A stretch of DNA of 64,000 bases, taken from an uncultured Gammaproteobacteria bacterium. Lineage in GTDB: Bacteria; Patescibacteriota; Microgenomatia; JAMCZE01. Shown here in pieces: positions 1-11,900 of the stretch. The position numbers and the translations under genes are program-made. Numbering within the stretch: the stretch's first letter is position 1; each line of letters begins with the position of its first letter. Location of the stretch: NCBI GenBank assembly GCA_964609775.1, contig CAZSSJ010000001.1, positions 22,858 through 86,857 of the forward strand, given 5' to 3'. The notes under the pieces are model-generated. The model saw only the letters and a program-made list of their open reading frames with translations. It was not told the DNA's origin and did no database searches.

Positions 1-2
1 AA

Positions 3-581
3 AGGCAACTCGGGCGGGTGGGGGAGAAAGGCTGGGATGTGTTGCACTCGGCCATTAAGAAGTCGCAGGCGATGGTCGGGCAGGCGGAACTTGAGAGTCT
101 AGAGCAAAGAGCAAAGAGTGATTTGGAGATTAAGAAGTTTGAGGAAAAATACCAGGAGGAGATTCAATTGACGGCGAGTGAAGTCCAGCAGGCGTTTCTT
201 TCGGAAGTGGCGAAGGCGTCGGGGGTGTTTAAAGACTATTTAGGAGAGCTTAAGAAAACGTCAGAAGACGAAAGCAAGGCGCTTCGGGAAGAGATGGCGG
301 CGAGGGTGGCCAAGGTGAGTGCGGCGGTTGAGGAGCAGGTGAAATTGGAGTTAAAGACGGTGGAAGAACGGTCGGTGCTGGCGATGGAAGCGGAAGTGGG
401 GGCTATGAGAACGGCTGTTGAAGAGTATAGGAAGAAGCGTTTGGAACAAATCGACAGGGATATTGTGGAGGTGGTGGAAAAGGTGGCTAAGGAGTATTTG
501 CGCAGGGAAATTCCGGTGAAAAATCAGATGGAACTGGTTTATGAAAGCCTCGAGAGAGCTAAAGAGGAAAAGTTTTTTTAG
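3..581 (+). CDS. atpF: F-type ATP synthase subunit b, C-terminal part (5' end outside window)
   Basis: Frame is open from the window edge. Long E/K/A-rich coiled coil typical of the b stalk. Lies directly upstream of the delta-alpha-gamma-beta-epsilon genes. Confidence 0.55.
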   Translation, partial: RQLGRVGEKGWDVLHSAIKKSQAMVGQAELESLEQRAKSDLEIKKFEEKYQEEIQLTASEVQQAFLSEVAKASGVFKDYLGELKKTSEDESKALREEMAARVAKVSAAVEEQVKLELKTVEERSVLAMEAEVGAMRTAVEEYRKKRLEQIDRDIVEVVEKVAKEYLRREIPVKNQMELVYESLERAKEEKFF

Positions 582-592
582 AAAGGTGAGAT

Positions 593-1003
593 GTGACTGA
601 TATTGTTAGTTCCATTTTGAGGGATTGTTACACTCGGACCGAAGCCTTGGCGAAATTGCGGGAATTGCGGGAAGCGGCTATGGATGAGGGACGGGCGGAG
701 GCGAGGCGAAAAGACGGGGAAGGAAACATTGAGGAAGAGCTGGAAACGGCGAGAGAGGAAATTGAGAAACAGGATGTCCTGACAATTTACCTCCCGGTGG
801 AGCTGTCTTTTGCCCAGATAGAGGAGCTGGGCCAAAAGGTCCGGCAGATTGTTCAGGAGGACATCCTTTTAGATCTCAGGCGGGATGAAAGACTCATTGG
901 AGGGTGCGCGCTGGCATTTAGAGGAAAATACCGGGATTTTTCCTTACGGGTGCAATTTGAGCAAGGGAGAGAATTTCTGAGGGGATTAGTTTTGAAGGAG
1001 TGA
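593..1003 (+). CDS. atpH: ATP synthase delta (OSCP)-like subunit, short form
   Basis: Sits between b and alpha. C-terminal RLIGGCALAFRGKYRDFSLRVQFE resembles the OSCP C-terminus. GTG start. Confidence 0.5.
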   Translation: MTDIVSSILRDCYTRTEALAKLRELREAAMDEGRAEARRKDGEGNIEEELETAREEIEKQDVLTIYLPVELSFAQIEELGQKVRQIVQEDILLDLRRDERLIGGCALAFRGKYRDFSLRVQFEQGREFLRGLVLKE

Positions 1004-1015
1004 GGGGAGAAGACT

Positions 1016-2554
1016 ATGGCCGGAAGTAAAAAAAAAGTTAGTGGCGAGAGCGGGGAAATTGGCTTCGTTCGGGCGGCGAAGGGTTTTTTGATTCGACTCG
1101 ACGGGTTGCCCAGTGTCAAGATTAATGACGTGATTGTGGCGGAAAGTGGAGCTTTGGCGTATGTTTCTTCGATCCTGCCGAGCTTTGTGGAAGCCTTTGT
1201 TCTTGGGGGGCAAACGGTTTCTGTGGGCGAGGCGTTTCGGCCAACGGGGCGGAGTTTGGGCCTGGCCGTCGGAGACTTTCTTCTGGGTCGAGTGGTTGGG
1301 CCGATGGGGGAAGTGCTGGACGGCTTGGGGAAGATGGATGCGGCGGGGGCGAAGGAATTTCCCCTGGAGAAGCTGGCCGTCGGAGTGGCTTACCGGGAGT
1401 TTATTACCCGGCCCCTTCTGACAGGCATTACGGTTGTGGACACCCTGTTTCCGCTGGGGATGGGCCAGAGGGAACTGGTTATTGGGGATCCGCGGTCGGG
1501 GAAGAGTTCGTTTCTGATGGAGGTGATTTTAAACCAAGCAAAGAGTGGAGTGATTTGTGTTTATGGAGCGATCGGCCGGCCGGTGACTTTCGTGCGGGGG
1601 TTTATGGATTTGATTTTGGGAAGCGGAGAGACGGCGAAAAACACGGTTATGGTGGCGAGGTTTTCGACGGACAGTGCGCCACTTGTCTCTCTGACGCCAA
1701 AGGCGGCGATGGCCGTGGGGGAATATTTTTCGGGCATGGGAAAGGACGTCCTGGTGGTTTTGGATGACATGGGGACTCACGCCAAGGCCTATCGGGAAAT
1801 GGCCCTCCTTTCGGAACGGTTTCCCGGAAGGGAGGCCTATCCAGGAGACATTTTTCATGAGCAGGCGGCGATTTTGGAGCGGGCAGGAAACTTTAATGAC
1901 CAGGGGGGAGGAGGATCGATTACGGCCTTGCCAGTGATTGAGTTGCCGACCGATGACTTTGTCAATTATATTCCGACTAATCTCATGGGGATGACCGATG
2001 GACATCTGCTGTTTAATACCAGTTTACGGGCCCAGGGGCGGCGGCCGGCGATTGACGTTTCGCTGTCTGTGTCCCGGGTGGGGGCCCAGACGCAGAACCA
2101 GACGCAAAACCGGCTGGGAATCAAAGTCAAGGAAACCCTAGCCCGGGCGGATGAGTTGTCAACTCTTGTGGGTTTTGGCGGAGAACTGCCGCCGTCGACC
2201 CAGCTGGTTATTAACCAAGGGAGTTTACTGCGCGAGTTTTTTAGTCAGCCGGGAGGGGTCAGTTTGAGTGTGGCCGAACAGATCATCCTTTTGTCTTTGC
2301 CATTTATCAGATATCTGGGAGACAAGGACCGAACCTTTGTCGGGCGAAACAAGGCGATTTTGCTCCAGGCTTTTCGGGAAGACCCGGAGCTTGTGAAATT
2401 TAGCCAAGAGGTAACTAAGCTGGCTTTTGGTGACGTCCAGGCCGGTTTAGAGAAAATTTCCGGTCGGATCAAGGAGTGGGTGGAGAAACGGTCGGGGGTT
2501 GACAGGGAGAAAGTGGAAGTGGTCGATCGGGAGACGTGGTTACCTGACATCTAA
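1016..2554 (+). CDS. atpA: ATP synthase F1 alpha subunit
   Basis: 512 aa. Walker A GDPRSGKSS, alpha-type core (LVVLDDMGTHAKAYREMALL, EAYPGDIFHEQAAILERA), operon context. Confidence 0.95.
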   Translation: MAGSKKKVSGESGEIGFVRAAKGFLIRLDGLPSVKINDVIVAESGALAYVSSILPSFVEAFVLGGQTVSVGEAFRPTGRSLGLAVGDFLLGRVVGPMGEVLDGLGKMDAAGAKEFPLEKLAVGVAYREFITRPLLTGITVVDTLFPLGMGQRELVIGDPRSGKSSFLMEVILNQAKSGVICVYGAIGRPVTFVRGFMDLILGSGETAKNTVMVARFSTDSAPLVSLTPKAAMAVGEYFSGMGKDVLVVLDDMGTHAKAYREMALLSERFPGREAYPGDIFHEQAAILERAGNFNDQGGGGSITALPVIELPTDDFVNYIPTNLMGMTDGHLLFNTSLRAQGRRPAIDVSLSVSRVGAQTQNQTQNRLGIKVKETLARADELSTLVGFGGELPPSTQLVINQGSLLREFFSQPGGVSLSVAEQIILLSLPFIRYLGDKDRTFVGRNKAILLQAFREDPELVKFSQEVTKLAFGDVQAGLEKISGRIKEWVEKRSGVDREKVEVVDRETWLPDI

Positions 2555-2641
2555 TCATCAATCATCAATCATCAATGATCAATCATCAATCATCAATCAT
2601 CAATGATCAATCATCAATCATCAATCATCAATGATCAATCT
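2553..2641. repeat. Hierarchical heptamer tandem repeat (ATCATCA x3 + ATGATCA) x3, 28-bp super-period
   Basis: Read directly. The G variants at 2577, 2605 and 2633 are exactly 28 nt apart. Fills the atpA-atpG spacer starting at the atpA stop codon. Confidence 0.9.
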
Positions 2642-2703
2642 CAAGAGTAATTTTAGCGAGGGACTTAAGCAGTCTGGGGCGGGGATTGCTGAGGAAGTGA
2701 CAG

Positions 2704-4908
<2,205 letters not shown>

Positions 4909-4909
<1 letters not shown>

Positions 4910-5036
4910 TTTGAAATTTGAAATTTGAAATTTGAATTGAATTTTTAATTTTCTAATGGCTCAAGGTTTAAAGCATTGAAAATTGAATCATTTGATATTG
5001 ATTTCAAATTGAAAATTGTAAATTTCAAATTGAACA
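4909..5036. repeat. AT-rich spacer with TTTGAAA heptamer repeats and an inverted TTCAAAT arm (long imperfect hairpin)
   Basis: Left arm aatttgaaatttgaaatttgaaatttgaa; right arm gatttcaaattgaaaattgtaaatttcaaattgaa. A related element sits at 46182-46274. Confidence 0.8.
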
Positions 5037-5306
5037 GTGGATACTTTACAAGTTCGGATAGTCTCGCCGAAAGGTGAAGTTTTTAAGGGTGAGGCGACGG
5101 CGGTGTCGTCGAGAAATTCGGTGGGAAATTTTGACATTCTTCCCCAACATGCTAATTTTGTGACTTTGGTGAGGAGCGAGAAGATTGTGGTCAGGCTAAT
5201 TTCCGGAAAGGCAGTGGAATTTAAATATGACCTGGCAATTGTGCACGCGGGTTTGGGAAAGGTGGACATTTATACCGACGTTCCGGAGGAAATGACGGCG
5301 AAGTAG
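5037..5306 (+). CDS. atpC: ATP synthase F1 epsilon subunit, beta-sandwich domain only
   Basis: 89 aa. LQVRIVSPKGEVFKGEATAVSSRNSVGNFDILPQHANFVT matches the epsilon N-domain. No C-terminal helical hairpin is encoded. Confidence 0.8.
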   Translation: MDTLQVRIVSPKGEVFKGEATAVSSRNSVGNFDILPQHANFVTLVRSEKIVVRLISGKAVEFKYDLAIVHAGLGKVDIYTDVPEEMTAK

Positions 5307-5773
5307 GTTTTGACTTCAGACGGCAAAGAGACAAGATTTTGGCTACAGGCTTCTAGGGTGGCCGGGTGAGGAGAATTGGAGACGAGGCGAGATTCTTATG
5401 ACGAGATGAAAAGACGGTTCGAAAGGTAAGTTGGCTGATGCAAATTGAGATGGTTTGATAGATGTGATATGAGCGGTTAATTTACCTTTTGTTTGAGAAT
5501 TTGAAGATCAATCTTGGCAGGGGTTGGGGTTTAGGCAAAAGAGATTGGGAAAAAGTGGTAAGAGGTCAAAGGGCCTCATGTTTGGGCAAATTTTGGGCCA
5601 GAAAGAAGGTGTTTCTCCGAAGGATTTCTTCACTATAACTTATTCTCCAGGTTTAGGAGATGACATTAAAAATTGCCGAGGCCCGAGGGGTTTTGAGAAA
5701 AAAGGAAAGCGGATCGCATAAATTTTCATCAGTAAAGTTGGATAGGAAATGAGTTCTAAGTGAATCTAGTATC

Positions 5774-5803
5774 TTGACAAATCTGGGTAAATCTCTTTAT
5801 TCT
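5774..5803 (+). promoter_or_regulatory. Candidate sigma70-type promoter for the giant gene
   Basis: TTGACA at 5774-5779, a 17-18 nt spacer, then TTATTC/TATTCT. It would give a leader of about 135 nt. Confidence 0.3.
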
Positions 5804-5945
5804 GATTATGTGAAAAGTTTTATTAGTATGTGTCACGAATTAAATTATTTAATTTGCAGCCCCACGACGCTCATGTTTGCGCCATGCACTACGTGTATGC
5901 TCGCAAGCAATCGCTTTGCGGGGCAAGGCCTGAGAAACTGCCAGA

Positions 5946-8900
5946 GTGGATAGGAACAAAGCAAAGGGAAAGTACAAGAAGCTTTTAAAGATCGGCGAGG
6001 CTGCGGCTGTTCTTGGCGTTTCCATTGACACGCTGCGCCGGTGGGACCAGGAAGGCAAGTTGAGTTCAATTAAGACCCCCGGGGGGACGAGATATTACTC
6101 CCTGGGCGATTTGCGCAAGATTAACCCTGAAGTCGGGGAGATTATCAAAACAGAAAAGCAGGAAAGGGCGTTTGACCTGACAGCTCTTTCTGAGGAGGCG
6201 AGGCGGGAATATTTGGAAAGCCCGATTGGAAGCCGGGGTGGCCAGCTTGCTCGACCAGGTCAGTCAAAGCGCATCAGTGGGGTCAGTTACCCGAGTCAGG
6301 TGGCGAAAGAAGCAGAGGCTGGGCTTCGAGCGAGAAAGCTGGCCTTGGGGGCGGCTTTGGCTGCAGTTGTTATAGGGTTGGTAGCGACTGGGGTTGTGGC
6401 GCTTCGAGGGACAGGATTGTTTAGGGGGGATTTGGTGAAGACCGGGAGTGAGAGGGAAGGTGCGGGTGAGGTTCTAGCTATTACCGCAGGGAAGAGCTTT
6501 TTGGAGATCGGGGCGGAGACGGTGTTTAAGGATCGGGTCGACTTTGGCGGTTCGGCCGACGGCTTTTCCGTTTTTGGGGGAGACACGGTGTCGCGGCGGC
6601 TGACGGTGACGGGGGCGGATGTGGCCTTAGACCAATCTCTGACGGCATCGTCTTCGCCGACGTTTGCTTCTTTGAAGCTTAGCGGGACGAGTGATCAGAT
6701 TGTGGTTGGGGGAAACGGAACGCTGACTTGGACACCAACGGCGGCGCGGACGGTGACATTTCCCGACGCGACTGGAACGGTTGTTCTGGACACGGCCACT
6801 CAAACCCTGTCAAACAAGTCACTTTCCGGATCAAGTAACACCTTCACGAACATTCCGAATTCGGCGCTGTCGAACTCGAAGATTACCATCAATGCGGGAA
6901 CAAATCTGGGAGGCGGAGGGGATGTGTCCTTGGGATCGAGTGTAACCATTGACCTGGATGACGCTATTTCCCTGACGTCGGCGACTTTTTCCGGGACGCT
7001 GGGGGTCGGGGGAACGGCTTCGGTCGGCGGGCAGATCATTCTTGACGGAGCGACCGCGGAGATTAACGCCACGAATAACCGGCCGCTGGACTTGGGGTTT
7101 GAGAACACCGGGGCGGTGCGGTTTTTGAACTCGACCAACTATGTTGACAGCAATAATAACTTGTATATCAACGGAGTGTTGGTCGCGGGGCCGACGACAC
7201 AAGGTTATTGGCAGAGGAATTCCGGGGCTTTGGCCCCGACGAATATTACGGACTCTTTGGTCGTCGGGGGGACGGCGACGGCGTCGGGAAAGTTTCAAGT
7301 CTACGGACTGTCGGCTCTTAATCCGGTGGCGAGCATTTCGGGGAGTTCATCGAAGGCCGCGTTCATCGTAGATAACACTGTTGGGGATTTGTTTACCGCT
7401 TCCTCCTCCGGCCTCAACCGTTTTGTGATTACCCAGAATGGAAATGTGGGGATTGGGACAAGCGCTCCGGCCTATAAGCTCGATGTCAACGGGTCGACGA
7501 ATATTGCTAATGGGTTGACGATTGCGGCCGGGAACTTGACTTTGACCGGGTCGCAGTCAATTGACGCGACGGGGATTTTGTCCATCGGGACTTCTAACCA
7601 AACATCGCTTCTTATCGGCCGGGTTGGGGCGCCGACGACGATCTACGGCTCGTCGGTGACGATCAGCTCGAGCACGTTTAGCTCCAATGCGGCGACGATT
7701 TCCGGGACGCTCGGCGTCGGGGGCGAAGCTTCGTTTTCGGCCAAAATTATTCTGGATTCGCCAACCTCGGAGATTAATGCCACGAACAGGCGCTATTTGG
7801 ATCTGGGGTTCATGAACACCGGCGGCGTGCGCTTTCTTAATGACACAAACTACATCACTCCGAGCGGGGATCTGTATTTAGCCGGCAGTTTGATCAGTTC
7901 CGGGACACAGGCGGGCTTCTGGCAGCGGCCGGCGAGCACCGGAGCCCTGGCCCCGATAAATATTACTGACTCACTGCTGATCGGCGGCACGGCGACAAGT
8001 TCAGCAAAATTTCAAGTCTATGGTCTCTCAGCGTTAAATCCGGTGGCGTCAATTTCGGCTTCGTCGGCAGTCGCCGGGCTCATGGTGGACAACACCGTCG
8101 GGGATTTGTTTACGGCAAGCTCATCGGGCTTAAACCGGTTTGTGATTACCCAGAATGGAAATGTGGGGATTGGGACGACGGCTCCAGTTGGACTGCTTGA
8201 TGTCGCGGCAACGGCCCCCTTCGTTATCACTTCGGCGGGCCAGGTCGGCATCGGGACGACGAGCCCGGTGGGACTTCTTCATGTTCAGGGAGCGTGTGTC
8301 ACGGGAGACACGCTGATTCGAGTCCGGCGTAGGAAGAAGAAGAAAAATGGTGACTGGGAAGATGAATGGCTTGATTTGCCAATTAAGCAGCTTAAGGCGG
8401 GGGATGAAGTGATGACACTGGATGAAAGGACGGGGGAGTTTACTACCTCAGTGGTTCGGGAACTCATGGACAAAGGGATTAAAACGACCTTTAAACTGAT
8501 GACCGCTGACGGCAAATCCATCCGGACAACAGCGGAACATCCTTATTTGGTGCAGGAAAGTGGCAGCCCGGACAGTAATTTCCTCTCTGGACTGACTTTT
8601 GCTTCAGTGAAAAAGATCTCCCAAGATTACTATTTCACTGTCTTGTCGGGCCGGAAGGTGGCTGTTAAAGCATTGGACGGCGAGATTGTGCATTTCACTA
8701 GCGAAGGGTTCTCTCATATTACTCACGAGAAGAAGAGCGAATTTGAAATAATGACGAGACTTTTTGCTCTGTCTAAAGTTTTGACGGTTCTGGAAACAGG
8801 TGTCAAAGTTTCTCAGAAAGACAGAAAGATCGTTAACGGCAAAGTTAATGATTATTGGACTTTGGAGGAAGTTGTTGAGGGCGTTTTAACTAAAGTTGTT

Positions 8901-11900
8901 GTCAGGTCGATTGAGGACGGGCCGAAGCAATTTTTGTCAGTTGTTTGGAAGGATAAGACTCCGGAAGCCACAAAAAATGTGGGGGACGTTGCCTCTCGCA
9001 TATTGCAGCGACGTGGACGAATGGTTACGTCTCAACGTAGGGCCCACGAGAAGTTTTATACCACAATTCTGGCCGATTTGTCAAGAGGGGTCTGGGGATA
9101 TAGAGGGATTTCCTTAGCGCAAGACTTAGTTTCCAAAAAGAAATGGGTTAAAGTGCGGTTTTTGAAACCCGGCATGGAGATCGCTACTTTCGGGCCTGAT
9201 GGCCGAATTTCCTGGCAGAAGATTGAGTCCATTGAGAAAGTGGGAGAGGAGCAGGTTTATGACATCGAAGTGGAAAACACTCACAATTTTGTGGCCGGGC
9301 ACTATATAGACAACACCAACCAGAGGGCCCTAATTTCACAGGAAGGAGAGATTCTACTTCGTTATCTGTCTTTTGAACAAAAGGAAGCCGAGGAACAGGG
9401 CGATCATGACCAAAGCAAAACCAATTTGGAAACGATTGAAAAATTCTGTCAGGTCAATCATGATTTTTTGCTCCAACTGTCCAAAATAACCGCCGACAGT
9501 AGACAAATTGTAGCCGAACCAATATTGCCTGTCAACACCCAGGCGTCCTTAATGGCGAAAAGTCCCAAGAGCAGTCCGGCTGCCAAGTCGATAAATAAGG
9601 AAGAAAAAATCTTGAGAACGGAAACCCTCATCGAGGAGAGTATAGAAAAGGTGGAGAACCTTGTCAATCGTTACAGGAAAGGCGAAATTCGGTTCGGTGG
9701 CATTGTGGCGCATAACACGACGGGGAAGGCATTGGTGGATCTGAACTACACCGGGACGGATCAGGCAATTTTGACAGCTTCTGTTTCGGGGACCACGAAA
9801 TTTGTCATTAACAATTCCGGTCAAGTGGGAGTGGGAACCGGAGCAAACAACAATACTTTGCTGGCGGATGTGGATTTGCGGACGCTGACGAACACGGTTC
9901 CGGTGGCTTCAATTGCCGGAAGCACGGGAGTGGCAGCCTTGGTGGTGGACAACGTTTCCGGGGATTTATTTACAGCCAGTAGTTCGGGTTTGAGTCGTTT
10001 TGTGATAGATAGGGGAGGGAATGTGGGGATTTCCTCGACGGCGCCGTCACAGAAACTGGACGTGGTTGGGGCGGTGCGGTTGGGAGCTAACGGGGGGGCC
10101 AATGACATTTTGAACACGACGGTTGGGGGAAGTGCCCCGAGCGGGGTTTTGTATTGGGGAAACAGGACGCTGTGTGACACTTCCGGCAACTGTTCGGGAG
10201 TCGGGGGGATTGTGGCCGGGAGCGGAGTCCAATATTACATTAGCAAATGGACTGATGCTTCCGGCACGACAATCGGCGATTCACTGCTGTATGACCCGGG
10301 CACGTCGGTGGGACTCAACACCACCTCGCCGGCGGCGATTTTTGACATTCGGGGCACGCAGGGAACTTCGGCTCTCTCCGGGACTTTGCCGGTGGCCAGC
10401 ATTTCCGGGAAAACAAGTTTTGCGGCGGTGGTGGTGAACAACGATTCGACGGTCGGGGACCTCTTCACGGCTTCGGCGTCGGGGTTAAGCCGGTTTGTCA
10501 TCACCAATACGGGCAACGTGGGCATTGGCACGGCACTTCCGGCCCAGTTGCTCTCGGTCGCCGGGGCGATCCAGTTAGGGAGCGGTTTGGGAGCAAATGA
10601 TGTTCTGAATACTGCTGCTGCCGGGGGGGTGCCGTCGGGACTGCTCTATTGGGGCAGCCGGGAAGTCTGTGATGCTTCGGGCAACTGCGCCGGAGTGGGC
10701 GGGCAGGTCCAGGGGACGGGAACCCAAAACTATATTACCAAGTGGAACAATGCCGGGGGAACGGCGATCGGGGATTCGCTGCTGTATGATTCCGGCTCGG
10801 CGGTGGGTCTGGGAACAACCTCGCCTTTGGGGACACTCCATGTGGTTGGGCAGTGCGTCGTCTCTGGCACAAGGATTCGGCGGCGACGCCGTCGCCGAGG
10901 CTATGGCGCCCGAGGGGCGGAAGAGTGGGTTGAGGAGGAAGTGCCAATTGAGGAGATTGAGCCGGACGATGAAATTGTGTCATTGAACGTTGAGAAGGGG
11001 CGGTTTGAGTGGCACAAGGTGGAAAAGACCCTTAATAAGGGGCTGCTTGCCGGGATGGCCCTTTCGACTTCGACGGGGAAGAGAATCGTGACCACGGGCA
11101 AACATCCATACCTGATGATCGACAAACCGGAAATTACTCAAGGGACTTTTGAGGTTGACCAATCGATTAAAGTGGAAGATTTGGGCAAGGCGACAATTGT
11201 GGGCTTTGCTTTGGGAAAACTGGCCTTTGCGGTGAAACTTCGACAACAGGACAAAAAGTTGATCCGTAGTGGTTTTCAGAAAGCCGGTAAGGAAGATCTC
11301 TTTGCTCCTTTGACCTTTGCCAATGTAGTGGTTAATCTCTTCCGGGCGGCCCAGATCTATCCGGCTAGAATCGCGCTTGATGAAGAATACACCGGCTTTT
11401 TCGGGGAGATTAAAGATATTATTAAAAAGTCCTTCCCGGATGCAGAGGTTTTTGAGACTAATCTGAAAGATTCTTCAGCTGCTCATCAAAGGGTCTGGGC
11501 GGTCAACAAAGGGAGAGCGAAAGAGGATGTCCTCTTGGTTCTTGAGGGCGGAGAATTAAAAGAAAGGCCGGGAGTTAAATCAACTCTGAGCGGAAGACCT
11601 TTGCCCCTGAATGGTTACAGGGGGACCAGTCAACCCATCGGCCTTTACTATGGTGAATTCTATCACCGAGGGGCGAATTTGTCAACCCCTTCGACAAGCT
11701 CAGGGTTGATAGCGAGAAAGACCGAGCTATCAAGGGCTCGATGGGCCAAAGCTGGAGATATTAGGGTCGGTCAGTATGTGGCGACGGAGGATGGGTTTGA
11801 GAAAGTGACGGGGATTTCTGACGCCGGCCGGGTGCTGATGTACGACCTTTCCGTTGCTAACACCCACAACTTCCTCGCCAACGGGATTGTGGCCCATAAC

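Noticed and set aside
2553-2641. Possible CRISPR array because of regular short repeats
   Set aside because: The units are 7 nt (28-nt super-period) with no unique spacers. This is far below CRISPR repeat and spacer sizes, and no cas genes are present.
5524-5721. 65-aa ORF in the gap upstream of the giant gene
   Set aside because: TTG start, Lys/Gly-rich low-complexity product, no RBS and no recognisable domain.
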